Assembly (NCBI GenBank): GCA_013150955.1
Contig: JAADJD010000015.1
Location: 362 to 64,361 of the forward strand
DNA length: 64,000 nt
Source: Calditrichota bacterium
GTDB taxonomy: Bacteria; Calditrichota; Calditrichia; RBG-13-44-9; J042
Direction: 5' to 3'
Part shown: one piece after another, positions 1 through 9,655 of the stretch
Numbering within the stretch: the first letter of the stretch is position 1
Layout of the letters: each line of letters begins with the position of its first letter
Translations under genes and position numbers: made by a program
The notes under the pieces: model-generated
What the model saw: only the letters and a program-made list of their open reading frames with translations
Told to the model about the DNA's origin: nothing
The model's database searches: none

Positions 1-551
1 GAAAGTTGACAAATTGGAATGGTTTTGTCCAGATCTGTAATTCCCCAAAACGAAAGGCGGGTGCAAGTCTGCAACACAGGGGCGGTCAAGTGGTAACTTT
101 TGCCACTGATTTCCTGTTTTTCTGTTGCAATTTTTGCCACTTCTGCGAATAAAAACACCGATTTTTTAAGCCTTTCGTGAACTGGTACAAAATTTGTAAA
201 AGAATAAATTGGGACAAGGAGGGGAGAGCCTCAGGACGAGACCTATCGTGCATGGCTTACCAGGATGGATGATGGGCTCCAGGCAAGGGAGCCCCCCGGC
301 GGTCAACAGGAATTGACTGCCGGTTCTGGCATTTCTTTATCGAATTATTTCAACATGGCTCGGGTCGGAGGAACCATGATGAGATGGTTCCAGATGATCC
401 CAACGCAACGCCACTTGCAGACGAATCCAGTGGGTGTGTGGGGAATCTGCCATTGTCGCAGAGATGGATACGAATGCCCTGTTTTCCCCAGGGCGTTTGC
501 AGTCCCGAATGCATCAAATTTCACTCAAACCAAAACTCGGAGGGGTGAGTT

Positions 552-3410
552 ATGAGACCGCTTTTTCGTTTGTTGGCCGTGGTGTGTATGTTGGGATTTC
601 TGGGGTTGATGGTCGGTCCGGCGACCGGGGCGGAAAAGATCAATCCCGGTAAAATCGATCTGGTGGTGTATGTGCATTACAACGAGCCGGATCTGGCATC
701 TTGGCATCCCATCTTCGAGGAATTTTCCAAACGCCTGTACAATGCCACGGAGAAACAGTTGCAGATTGGCAAAGTGCTCATCTCTGCCTGTAATTTCTCC
801 CGGGAACAGGCTGATGTATGGATCCTGGGTGGGGATGGCTGTTCCTCCTCTCCCGTGCTGGGATACGGGGTGCCCAACGTGCACATGACCATCTACCAGT
901 CTCACAAAAGTTTAACCGACAGCATGATGGGGGCCTTCGGGTTACTGCAGGCATTTGCCCATTATGCTTTTGGATTGTACGATGAGCATCGTGGCAAAGT
1001 GAATGGCAGTGGACCCTGGGTGTGGGATGATCGGTTCTTCTGCGTTTCCAACGATGATCCCTTTGCCTCGGTAATGGACGGTGGGTCTTCTATTCTGGTA
1101 AAGAATCACCGTCTGGAATTTTGTACGGATCCGGCACTGGGATGGCCCACTTCCCACCAGACGGGCTATCAGGACGCCATGGGGAATCTGATCGAAACCG
1201 CCCAGCAATTGCTGAATGGTGAAGACAGCTGGTCAACCATCGTGCGCAATACCAACCTGTCCTATCCCGATACGGTGCCCGTTGATGACATTTCCGGCTA
1301 CGAACCCATCGAGTTTGTGATTGTGGATCCCATCAGTCGTCTGGTGGTGTGTATCGACCGTTCCGGCAGTATGTATGGGGAAAAGATTGAACTGGCCAAG
1401 GTGGGGGCCAAAATTTTTGTGGATCTGGCCCATTTTGGCGAACACCTGTCGGTAACCTCCTACGCGTACAGCGGTACGGTAGAATATCCGATGCAGGAAC
1501 TGGTCGATCAACAGGATAAGGATGAAGCCAAGGCGGCTATTGATCGACTGGTGGCCAGTGGTGCAACCAGCATTGGATCGGGGTTGCGCGTTTCTCTGAA
1601 CGAAATCACCGGAAATGGCACCAATCCACCGGGTTGCACCGAAGTGATTGTCCTGCTGTCCGATGGTCGGCACAACTACGGCGAATCTCCCTATGATGTG
1701 TTGCCGGACATCATCGAACGGGGGGCCAAGGTATACACCATTGGTCTGGGGAATGATGTGGATGCTGATCTGATGTCGGATATTGCCTTCCAGACGGGGG
1801 GTACCTACCATTTTGCCGACAGCGAGCAGGATCTGGCACAGATCTTTACCATCATTTATGCCAAAGCCCGTTCGGAAGATCTTTACGCTTCGGAATCCGG
1901 TGAAATTCAACAGGGCGAAGTAAAAACCAGCAACACGTTAGTGGATGTGTTCACCAACGAAATCACCTTCGAGCTGAACTACCCGGCGAACAGTGAGCTG
2001 ACGTTTTCGCTGGTAAGCCCTTCGGGTCAGGTCATCGATTCTTCCACGGCCAGCGGGAATGTGGAATTTGTAAAAGGCACTGCTCATCAGTACTACCGCA
2101 TCGTCAATCCCGAAACGGGTGAATGGGTGACCACCATTAAGGGGGACAATATCACCAGTCCCACCACCTACAGCATGATTGCATTTGGTAACAGCGATGA
2201 AGTGTCCACTTATGCCGGGCCAATCAAGAGCACGTTTACCTATCCGGAACCGGTGATCATCCGGGCGTCCGTATATGCCGGTGAGCCGGTCACCGGTGCC
2301 AAGGTGTACGGCGTTGTGGTGCGTCCGAATAATACCACCACCACCATTCGCCTGTATGATAATGGCGATGCGGCCAATGGGGACGAAGTTGCCGGCGATG
2401 GGATCTACTCGGCGATCTTCAACGACTTTGCCGGTGCTGGAAGCGGTTCCTATACCTTTAAGATCACCATCAAGAATGACGACGGCACGCAAGCCGACAA
2501 GGATCAACTCCCGTTTGTTGAGGAAGGCTGCGATTTCGACCCGCAACAGGTACCGGCTTTCGTGCGCGTGGAGGAATTCTCCACCGTTATCAACAACGTG
2601 CCCGAAGTCCTGGTGATGAAGGAGTTCAACATCGATTTTGCCCGCATCGTGTTCAAGCACGAGCATCGAGTCTATGTGCAGGGTAATTTTGTGCTGAACG
2701 ATAATTCCAATGGCTTTAACCCGGTGAATGAAGAAGTGATTTTCAAGGTGGGCGATTTTGTAACCGTGATTCCGCCCAATTCCTTCCAGATTGTTGAAGG
2801 ATACCGCAAATTCAAACTGGGTGCGAAAGACACCACCATCTACCTGTATCAGAGTGCCGATGGCAAGGAAAACATGTACATCGTGACCGTGGATGGTATC
2901 AACGGGCTGTTTGGTTATGCCGGCGTGGGCATGGATATGTCCTCCACCTATGCCAAAGGGCCCAAGGGTGTGCCGATCGAATTGCAGATCGGAGACGACC
3001 TGGGCAACACGGCCATTGACATGAAAGAAGTGCGGCCGCGGCGCTGGGAATATGGCGAACGGGTCCGCCTGTCCGACTTCCATGATGAAAGCCTGGCCGA
3101 AAATGTGGAGGTACCGCTGGAATTTAATCTGGCACCCAACTATCCCAACCCGTTCAACCCCGAAACCCGCATTCCGTTCTCGGTGGCGGAACGGGCTCAC
3201 GTGACCATCCAGGTGTTTGATGTGAATGGCAAATTAGTGCGGACACTGTACAACGGCATGGTCAATCCCGGAACTCACTGGGTGGTCTGGAACGGGCAGG
3301 ATGAGACCGGTAACAGCGTGGCCAGCGGTGTCTACATCTACCGGATGACCGCAGTGAGCGAGAAAGGCGAACAGTACATCTTCAACCAGAAGATGATGTT
3401 ACTGCGTTAA
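552..3410 (+). CDS. Secreted VWA-domain protein with CLCA-like N-terminal region (degenerate metalloprotease motif) and T9SS C-terminal sorting domain
   Basis: 952-aa ORF with GGAGGGG RBS before ATG 552. Signal peptide MRPLFRLLAVVCMLGFLGLMVGPATG. VWA/MIDAS motifs CIDRSGSM, ATSIGSG, LLSDGRHN. QAFAHYAFGLYDEH resembles the CLCA-type HExxH..GxxDE block. C-terminal NYPNPFNPETRIPF...GVYIYRM is a Por/T9SS type-A tail. Confidence 0.85.
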   Translation: MRPLFRLLAVVCMLGFLGLMVGPATGAEKINPGKIDLVVYVHYNEPDLASWHPIFEEFSKRLYNATEKQLQIGKVLISACNFSREQADVWILGGDGCSSSPVLGYGVPNVHMTIYQSHKSLTDSMMGAFGLLQAFAHYAFGLYDEHRGKVNGSGPWVWDDRFFCVSNDDPFASVMDGGSSILVKNHRLEFCTDPALGWPTSHQTGYQDAMGNLIETAQQLLNGEDSWSTIVRNTNLSYPDTVPVDDISGYEPIEFVIVDPISRLVVCIDRSGSMYGEKIELAKVGAKIFVDLAHFGEHLSVTSYAYSGTVEYPMQELVDQQDKDEAKAAIDRLVASGATSIGSGLRVSLNEITGNGTNPPGCTEVIVLLSDGRHNYGESPYDVLPDIIERGAKVYTIGLGNDVDADLMSDIAFQTGGTYHFADSEQDLAQIFTIIYAKARSEDLYASESGEIQQGEVKTSNTLVDVFTNEITFELNYPANSELTFSLVSPSGQVIDSSTASGNVEFVKGTAHQYYRIVNPETGEWVTTIKGDNITSPTTYSMIAFGNSDEVSTYAGPIKSTFTYPEPVIIRASVYAGEPVTGAKVYGVVVRPNNTTTTIRLYDNGDAANGDEVAGDGIYSAIFNDFAGAGSGSYTFKITIKNDDGTQADKDQLPFVEEGCDFDPQQVPAFVRVEEFSTVINNVPEVLVMKEFNIDFARIVFKHEHRVYVQGNFVLNDNSNGFNPVNEEVIFKVGDFVTVIPPNSFQIVEGYRKFKLGAKDTTIYLYQSADGKENMYIVTVDGINGLFGYAGVGMDMSSTYAKGPKGVPIELQIGDDLGNTAIDMKEVRPRRWEYGERVRLSDFHDESLAENVEVPLEFNLAPNYPNPFNPETRIPFSVAERAHVTIQVFDVNGKLVRTLYNGMVNPGTHWVVWNGQDETGNSVASGVYIYRMTAVSEKGEQYIFNQKMMLLR

Positions 3411-3455
3411 GGCGATTACCTGTTGTTTTTGGGCATACCTGGCCTCGAGCAACGC

Positions 3456-3495
3456 TCACCCTCCTTCCCTCAGTGGAAGGGGGGTGATTTTTTTT
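3456..3495 (+). terminator. Rho-independent terminator after the VWA gene
   Basis: Stem TCACCCTCCTTCC / GGAAGGGGGGTGA with a 6-nt loop, followed by a T8 run. Confidence 0.75.
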
Positions 3496-3496
3496 A

Positions 3497-3819
3497 CCCG
3501 GATTTTGCATTTGCCCACGACTGACGCGAATCTACAGGAATACTAAACCCAGATTATGCAATAGCCTACGAATGACACGAATTACAACGAATAAAAATAA
3601 TAAACCCAGATTATGCATTAGAACCACGAATTGCACGAATGAACACCAACAAAAATTAAATTGCACTTGATTCTATCCGGATGAAAATGTTTTCCCGGAT
3701 ACATTCGCTATATTGTTGATGTTATTCGAATTCAATCGTATGATTCGCGGTTTATTGCATTATTTAGGTTTATTTGTGTTCATTCGCGTTATTGGTGGTT
3801 TAAAACGCAATTTGGGTTT
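3497..3819 (+). repeat. MITE-like palindromic element, locus 1 (composite: 3 left arms, core, 2 right arms)
   Basis: Left-arm-like segments start near 3497, 3546 and 3603. Core contains CCGGATGAAAATG. Right arms end near 3770 and 3819 (..GCATTATTTAGGTT, ..CGCAATTTGGGTTT). Confidence 0.9.
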
Positions 3820-4034
3820 CATTAAGTTCAGGATTAACAAACATTGGAAAAGCCCTTTTCTTTTTCCAGGATTTTCCGTAATCTTTACCGCAAAATTTGG
3901 GGTTTGATGGCGATGGTGAAGAGCGGATGAGCGACCGGCTGAATAAACCAATCAATCCAAAGATCCGGTGGGTTTCGCCATGGTCTGAGGTTCACGGGAA
4001 ATCCATGGGTTTACCTTAGCAGGAGAAAGCGTCC

Positions 4035-5651
4035 ATGATTTTGAATCTGGCCTGGATGGATCTGGTGGTCATTTTCCTTTATTTTGCCATCATTTTTGCC
4101 ATTGGATTTTATTTTTCCAGGAAAGAAAAAACGTCGACCGACTACTTTCTTGCGGGACGGCATGTGGGGTGGTTTGCCATCGGAGCCTCTTTATTTGCGT
4201 CGAATATATCCAGCGAACATTTTATTGGTCTGGCGGGATCGGGAGCCGCGTCTGGCATGGCGGTGGGGCATTTCGAATGGCTGGCCAGCCTGATCCTGTT
4301 GATTCTGGGCTGGGTGTTCGTCCCCTTTTATCTTCGCTCCCGCGTGTTCACCATGCCCGAATTTCTGGAACGCCGTTACGGAAGCGCCAGTCGCTGGTAT
4401 CTGACCACGGTTTCCATTCTGGCCTATGTGTTGACCAAAATTTCGGTCACCCTGTTTGCCGGGGGATTGTTGCTGGAACAGGTGCTGGGTTGGGACATGT
4501 ACACCTCGGCGATCGTCATGGTGATTGCCACTGGCATTTACACCATTGCCGGCGGCCTGGGAGCGGTCATTTACACCGAACTTATTCAAACATTTGTGTT
4601 GATCGGTGGAGCGGTGGTGCTGACGGCCATTGGATTGCACGAGGTGGGGGGCATCTCGGGATTGCAGCAGGCGGTTCCCGCCGATTTTTTCCACATGTTC
4701 AAACCGATGGACGATCCCGATTTCCCCTGGACGGGCATCGTATTTGGGGCACCCATTCTGGGCATCTGGTACTGGTGCACCGATCAATTCATCGTTCAGC
4801 GGGTGCTGTCCGCAAAATCCATCGATCATGCCCGATCGGGAACCATTTTTGCCGGATTCTTAAAGATTCTGCCGGTATTTATTCTGGTGGTGCCCGGCAT
4901 TATTGCCCGCGCGCTTTACCCCGATATCACCGGCGATCAGGCCTATCCGGCCCTGGTCACCCGTCTGTTACCAGTTGGATTGAAAGGCATTGTGGTTGCC
5001 AGTCTGTTAGCGGCGTTGATGTCCTCCCTGGCTTCCTGCTTTAATAGCAGTTCCACCCTGTTTACCATGGATGTGTATAAAAAGTGGAGACCTGAGGCCA
5101 GCGAGCGTCAGCTGGTGCTGGTGGGACGCACCGCCACCACCGTACTGGTGGTTCTGGGAATATTGTGGGTACCCTTTATCAAGTACATTTCGTCCCAGCT
5201 GTATATTTACCTGCAGAGTGTTCAGGCTTATATCAGTCCCCCCATCGCAGCGGTGTTTTTACTCGGCGTTTTCTGGACGGGGGCAAACAGCAGGGGAGCC
5301 ATTGCCTCACTGTTAACCGGGCTTTTCTTTGGTGCCCTGCGGTTGATTCTGGAATTGATGCACAAGCAATCGCCGTTTGAATGGGAATTGCTGCGGTGGT
5401 TTGCTGAGGTGAACTTCCTGCATTTTGCGATTCTCCTTTTCATCGTTTGTACGCTGGTTCTGGTGCTGGTCAGCAAGTTGACCGGACCTCCTTCGCGCGA
5501 CAATGTGCAGGGCTTAACTTTCCGTTATGCCGATGAGGGTTCTTCCCCGCAGGCTTATGCCCACGAACATCCCCGATGGCGACGGGTAAATATAATCCTG
5601 AGCGGTCTGCTGATTCTGACCATGCTGACGTTGTGGTGGATATTCTTTTAA
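4035..5651 (+). CDS. Sodium:solute symporter (SSF/SGLT family)
   Basis: 538-aa polytopic membrane ORF with AGGAG RBS. Typical SSF N-terminus (DYFLAGR..WFAIGASLFASNISSEHFIGLAG) and about 13-14 hydrophobic segments. Confidence 0.85.
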   Translation: MILNLAWMDLVVIFLYFAIIFAIGFYFSRKEKTSTDYFLAGRHVGWFAIGASLFASNISSEHFIGLAGSGAASGMAVGHFEWLASLILLILGWVFVPFYLRSRVFTMPEFLERRYGSASRWYLTTVSILAYVLTKISVTLFAGGLLLEQVLGWDMYTSAIVMVIATGIYTIAGGLGAVIYTELIQTFVLIGGAVVLTAIGLHEVGGISGLQQAVPADFFHMFKPMDDPDFPWTGIVFGAPILGIWYWCTDQFIVQRVLSAKSIDHARSGTIFAGFLKILPVFILVVPGIIARALYPDITGDQAYPALVTRLLPVGLKGIVVASLLAALMSSLASCFNSSSTLFTMDVYKKWRPEASERQLVLVGRTATTVLVVLGILWVPFIKYISSQLYIYLQSVQAYISPPIAAVFLLGVFWTGANSRGAIASLLTGLFFGALRLILELMHKQSPFEWELLRWFAEVNFLHFAILLFIVCTLVLVLVSKLTGPPSRDNVQGLTFRYADEGSSPQAYAHEHPRWRRVNIILSGLLILTMLTLWWIFF

Positions 5652-5988
5652 CCCTCATGAATGCATTAGCCTACGAATGACACGAATTCACACAAATAAA
5701 ATAATCCCAGATTATGCATTAAAACCACGAATTACACGAATTAACACCAATAAAAATAATAGAATGCACTTGATTTTATCTGAATGAAAATGTTTTCCTG
5801 GATATATTCGCTATTTTATTGATTTTATTCGAATTCATTCGCGTGATTCGTGGTTTAACGCATTATTTGAGATAATCAATTCCACTTGATGATGTCTGAA
5901 TGAAAATTTGTTTCATGGCTTATTCGCGATTTTGTGGATATGGTTTGGTTGCATTCGCGTGATTCGTAGTTTAACGCATTATTTGGGA
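5651..5988 (+). repeat. MITE-like element, locus 2 (composite: L-L-core-R-core-R)
   Basis: Starts on the last base of the SSF TAA stop. Two left arms (5651-, 5705-), two cores (TCTGAATGAAAATG twice) and two right arms ending ..GCATTATTTGAG and ..GCATTATTTGGGA. Confidence 0.9.
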
Positions 5989-6110
5989 TAAATGCACAAA
6001 TTCTCCCGATTCCGCGTGAACCTCACCCTTCTTTACCCCGCATCTGGGCCCGGTTTTTCAATGCCAAGGTAAAGCTTCTCGATGTCTATGGAAAGTGTCC
6101 AGTGTTGTAA

Positions 6111-8183
6111 TCATTCAAACGCCATATTGCGAATCAGCTTTTGCATATCGTACGGTGCGGGTTCACCGCCCAGGTATTTGTGAAACCAATCCAGATGGGC
6201 ATTGTAATACAGCGGCATTGATTTTACGAAATTTGGCCAGTGGCCGTCGTTTTTGAAGACGATGAGTCGCGAGGGAACGCCCATTTTCTGAAGGGCGGTA
6301 AAAAACTCCAGGCTCTGGGTGTAAGAGACCCGATAATCCCGCTCTCCGGTGATCACCAGACAGGGCGTCTTGAAATTCCGGACGAATTTGTGCGGCGACC
6401 ATTTTTCGTATAAATCCGACGTCCAGGGCGTTCCCCCCAGATCCCACTGGGGAAACCACAGCTCCTCCGTGGTGCCGTAAAATGAAGTCAAATTGTAAAC
6501 CCCCATCATGGCGGCCAGGGCTTTGAAGGGATGCTTGTGTCCCTGTAACCACATCATCATGTAGCCGCCGTAAGACCATCCCATGGCCCCCATGCGATTC
6601 TCATCCACATACGGCAATTTAGCCAGCGAATCGGCCACCGCCAGAATATCCTGATAAATTTTTCCACCCCAGTCGCGGGAAATGGCCTCTGTGAATGCCT
6701 GCCCGTATCCGGTAGAACCGTGGGGATTGGGGAACGCCACGATGTAGCCCGCACCCGGGTACACCTGCCAATCCCCGCGGAAGGCATCGGCCCACATGCC
6801 CTGGGGGCCACCGTGTATGTTCAGGATGAGCGGGTACTTTTTAGACGGATCGAAATTGTGGGGCTTCACGATAAAGGTGTGGATTTTGTGTCCGGTGGGA
6901 GAGTCAATCCACATTTCTTCTGCCGGACGAATGTCCACCGAATCTTCGATGGCCTTGTTGAAGAAGGTCAATCGTTGCAGCTTTTTCCCTTTTGTGGTGG
7001 CCCGCCAGATTTCCCGCGGCTCCCCGACCGATCGTCGCACCAGGATAATCCATTTCCCATCCGGCGTAATCTGAAAATCATCAATCGTTTTCACGTCCAG
7101 AATTTCCTGAATGCGTTTTGTTCGGATATCCACCCGGTACAGCGGAACGTGTCCCCGGACGTCCGCCGTAAAATACAGGCTTCGGGAATCGGGTGCCCAG
7201 CGGAAATCATTCACCCAGTTGTCGAATGTTTCGGTGAGCACGATGGTCTCCCCCGTTCGGCGATCATACAGGACCAGCCGGAAGCGATCGGATTCGTAAT
7301 TGGGCACCATCTGGCGCCGAAATGCAATGTAGCGGCCATCGGGGGAATATTGCGGATCCCCGTCGTAGGCTTCGTTGTCGTCGGTGATATTTCGTATCTG
7401 GCCATCTTCCAGGGAAATGATCCACAGGTCTTTATTGGTTGTCTCCCATTCGTTCGAGTCGCGATTGGACACCACACATATTTCCTTCCCGTCGGGAGAG
7501 ATGCTGAATCCCGCACCACCCCCCAGGGAAAATGCCGGCGAATCATAGTCCCCCGGCGTTAAATCCCGATAGGTCTGGCTATCGAGTTGAAAAAGCAGGG
7601 TGTGGGTTCGCTTACCGTCCTTCCAGAAATCCCAGTGACGGAACAGCAGCCGATCGGCCATGTGGGCCTGAATGGGCCCCTCGTCCATCGCCGTCTGAAT
7701 CGCATCATTGCAATCGGGATCGGCACCACATTCCGGGAAAACGGTACTGGAAAAGACAACCGCTTCTCCATCGGGAGTGATCAGTGGATTTTGAATGCCC
7801 ATGGGAAAGTCGGTAATTTGTTCCGGTTCGCCGCCGTCCACGGGCAGGCGCCACAATTGAACGCCATCTGCTCGGGAAGACAGATAATAAAGGTAACGTC
7901 CATCCGGCGACCAGCGGGGATGAAAATCTGCCGCCGGATTTCGGGTCATCTGTTTTAACTGGCGGCCGTCCAGGTTCATCACATAGATGTCGGCGTTGCT
8001 TTTGCCCTCCTCCAGGAAATATTCGGTCACCACAAAGGCGATGCGTTTCCCATCGGGGGATATCTGCGGGCTGTGAACATTCTTGATTCGGTACAGATCG
8101 GCAATTTGAAAGGCACGTTTTTGCGCACTGGCCAGGGCAATCCAGGCGATCATCAACAACATCAAAATATGGCGTGGTTTCAT
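6111..8183 (-). CDS. S9 family serine peptidase (prolyl oligopeptidase/acylaminoacyl peptidase type) with N-terminal beta-propeller
   Basis: 690-aa ORF with signal peptide. Repeated xSPDGK/R propeller motifs (ISPDGKRIAF, WSPDGRYLYY, YSPDGRYIAF...). Nucleophile elbow GWSYGGYM. C-terminal Asp/His region (GERDYRV, DGHW). Confidence 0.85.
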   Translation of the reverse strand: MKPRHILMLLMIAWIALASAQKRAFQIADLYRIKNVHSPQISPDGKRIAFVVTEYFLEEGKSNADIYVMNLDGRQLKQMTRNPAADFHPRWSPDGRYLYYLSSRADGVQLWRLPVDGGEPEQITDFPMGIQNPLITPDGEAVVFSSTVFPECGADPDCNDAIQTAMDEGPIQAHMADRLLFRHWDFWKDGKRTHTLLFQLDSQTYRDLTPGDYDSPAFSLGGGAGFSISPDGKEICVVSNRDSNEWETTNKDLWIISLEDGQIRNITDDNEAYDGDPQYSPDGRYIAFRRQMVPNYESDRFRLVLYDRRTGETIVLTETFDNWVNDFRWAPDSRSLYFTADVRGHVPLYRVDIRTKRIQEILDVKTIDDFQITPDGKWIILVRRSVGEPREIWRATTKGKKLQRLTFFNKAIEDSVDIRPAEEMWIDSPTGHKIHTFIVKPHNFDPSKKYPLILNIHGGPQGMWADAFRGDWQVYPGAGYIVAFPNPHGSTGYGQAFTEAISRDWGGKIYQDILAVADSLAKLPYVDENRMGAMGWSYGGYMMMWLQGHKHPFKALAAMMGVYNLTSFYGTTEELWFPQWDLGGTPWTSDLYEKWSPHKFVRNFKTPCLVITGERDYRVSYTQSLEFFTALQKMGVPSRLIVFKNDGHWPNFVKSMPLYYNAHLDWFHKYLGGEPAPYDMQKLIRNMAFE

Positions 8184-8374
8184 GATGGGTGTCTCCTTTT
8201 TGGGTGTTGCTCCTTCATGCCATGATGATCCTAAACTATTGGAAATCTTTCAAATAAGCAATAGATGAATAAATTTCCTCCAACCCATCGGCCCTGTATT
8301 GCCATGCTCATTCGGAAGAATGGCGGGAACCAGAACAGGGGCCACAGTAACCCACATTCTGTTCCGTAAATTTC

Positions 8375-8535
8375 AACCCAGATTTTGCAATAGCCTACGA
8401 ATTACACGAATTATCGCGAACAAAAATGACATTTGATTTATCTGGATAAAAATGGGTTCCCGTTTTTATTAACTATATTGTTGATATTTTTCGGATTCAT
8501 TCGCGTGATTCGTGGTTTATTGTATGAAATGGGTT
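8375..8535 (+). repeat. MITE-like element, locus 3 (single copy)
   Basis: AACCCAGATTTTGCAATAGCCTACGAATTACACGAATT ... TCTGGATAAAAATG ... TTCATTCGCGTGATTCGTGGTTTATTGTATGAAATGGGTT. Confidence 0.9.
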
Positions 8536-8847
8536 CAATCATGTAAAGAAATGAAGGGCAGATTGATTCCCCAAAATGGCTCCCAAACCGGTGGTGGATC
8601 TTCTCATTTTTTGCCCGAGCGGACTATTTAAATCCGATTTTTCATGTCGATTATGTTGCCTGACGGGGAAATGTGAAAAAATCATTGGTCGGCGCGGGCG
8701 AAGAGCCTAAATTGAATATTCGGTTTGAATATTCATTGTGCGTCCAATTCTGAGACGATGGAAAATGCAGGACGGGATGTTGTATCGCAACAAATTTGAA
8801 AACATCAAAACCTTAACGCGCCATAAGCGTAAGAGAAGTCTGTTACG

Positions 8848-9651
8848 TTGCAAAAACGAGAGAACATGTGGTTCCGTGCACGAGCGATTTTTCGGGGAGT
8901 TACCGAAGCCAGTTTAACCCGGGAGTTCTGGGAGTGGTTGAAGTTTTGTGGGCAGACCCTGGCATCCATTCACAAAGCGTTCCGCCATAAAAACGACACC
9001 ATTCGCCAGATGTACATCATGGGGAATCAGGCATTGCCGCTGGTCATACTGGCCTCGGTATTTGTGAGCATGGTACTGGCCCTGGAATGGGGAAAGAAGC
9101 TGGAGCCTTTCGGGGCGAAATTAATGCTGGGGCGTCTGGTAAGTATTTCGGTGATTCGGGAGATTGGGCCCATGGTGACGGGCTTGATGATTGCCGGGCG
9201 AACCGGTGCCAAAATCGTTTCCGAAATTGGCAATATGGTGCTCAGCGAACAAATCGATGCGCTGCGGGCCTTTGGCACCGATCCCATCGAACGGCTGATT
9301 GTTCCCCGGGTATTTGCCTCTTTTGTGGTCATGGCACCGCTTATTGTGATTGCGGACACCATGGGCATCATCGCAGGATGGTTTGCTTCGGTGACCTGGT
9401 TGAGCATCGATTCCGATTTTTTCTGGCTGTCCATGCGGGACGGTCTGCTGATGAAAGATTTGATGATTGGCATTATTAAGCCGCCGTTTTTTGGCTTCGT
9501 CATTGCCCTGATCAGCGGGTATTTCGGGTATACCATTCAGGGCGGCGCCGAAGGGATGGGCCGGGCGGTAACCCGGGCGGTGGTGCTGTGTTCCATCAGC
9601 GTGCTGATTATGGACTTTCTGTTAACCAAAACTATTTTAACGTTTTATTAG
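8848..9651 (+). CDS. mlaE: MlaE-type ABC transporter permease
   Basis: 267-aa membrane ORF directly upstream of an MlaF-like ATPase and an MCE protein, with MlaE-like sequence (..REIGPMVTGLMIAGRTGA..). Start is uncertain (TTG 8848 or ATG 8866). Confidence 0.8.
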   Translation: MQKRENMWFRARAIFRGVTEASLTREFWEWLKFCGQTLASIHKAFRHKNDTIRQMYIMGNQALPLVILASVFVSMVLALEWGKKLEPFGAKLMLGRLVSISVIREIGPMVTGLMIAGRTGAKIVSEIGNMVLSEQIDALRAFGTDPIERLIVPRVFASFVVMAPLIVIADTMGIIAGWFASVTWLSIDSDFFWLSMRDGLLMKDLMIGIIKPPFFGFVIALISGYFGYTIQGGAEGMGRAVTRAVVLCSISVLIMDFLLTKTILTFY

Positions 9652-9655
9652 GAGT

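Noticed and set aside
1-551. Housekeeping RNA (RNase P, tmRNA, SRP, 6S) or cobalamin riboswitch at the window start (a GCCACTG-like string is present)
   Set aside because: None of the conserved cores of these RNAs is present. The single B12-box-like heptamer is insufficient.
1938-3200. Long antisense or alternative-frame ORFs inside well-supported genes (1938-3200 minus, 6720-7562 plus, 17108-17968 minus, 22060-22980 minus, 24200-24826 minus, 25667-26689 minus, 4169-5044 plus, 40961-41557 plus)
   Set aside because: They lie entirely within genes that have strong motif support on the other strand or frame. Their composition is Gly/Arg/His/Pro-rich, typical of shadow ORFs, and they carry no recognisable motifs.
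3713-3907. ORFs inside the repeat elements giving recurrent peptides such as FIRVIRGLLHYLG (also 39860-40081, 51488-51721, 61938-62129 minus, 44647-44898 minus) and the ATG in the GGATGAAAATG core
   Set aside because: The similarity is a by-product of translating repeated DNA. Reading frames, starts and stops are not conserved between copies (for example, the locus 8 core ATG hits a stop after 9 codons). There is no RBS, and the ORFs run across element boundaries into unrelated sequence.
5660-5700. REP/BIME (RAYT-associated) interpretation, because one arm subfamily contains CCTAC/GTAGG
   Set aside because: Individual arms do not form the short GC-rich hairpin typical of REPs. The unit is a 170-bp TIR element with an AT-rich core. 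No Y1 (RAYT) transposase gene is in the window.
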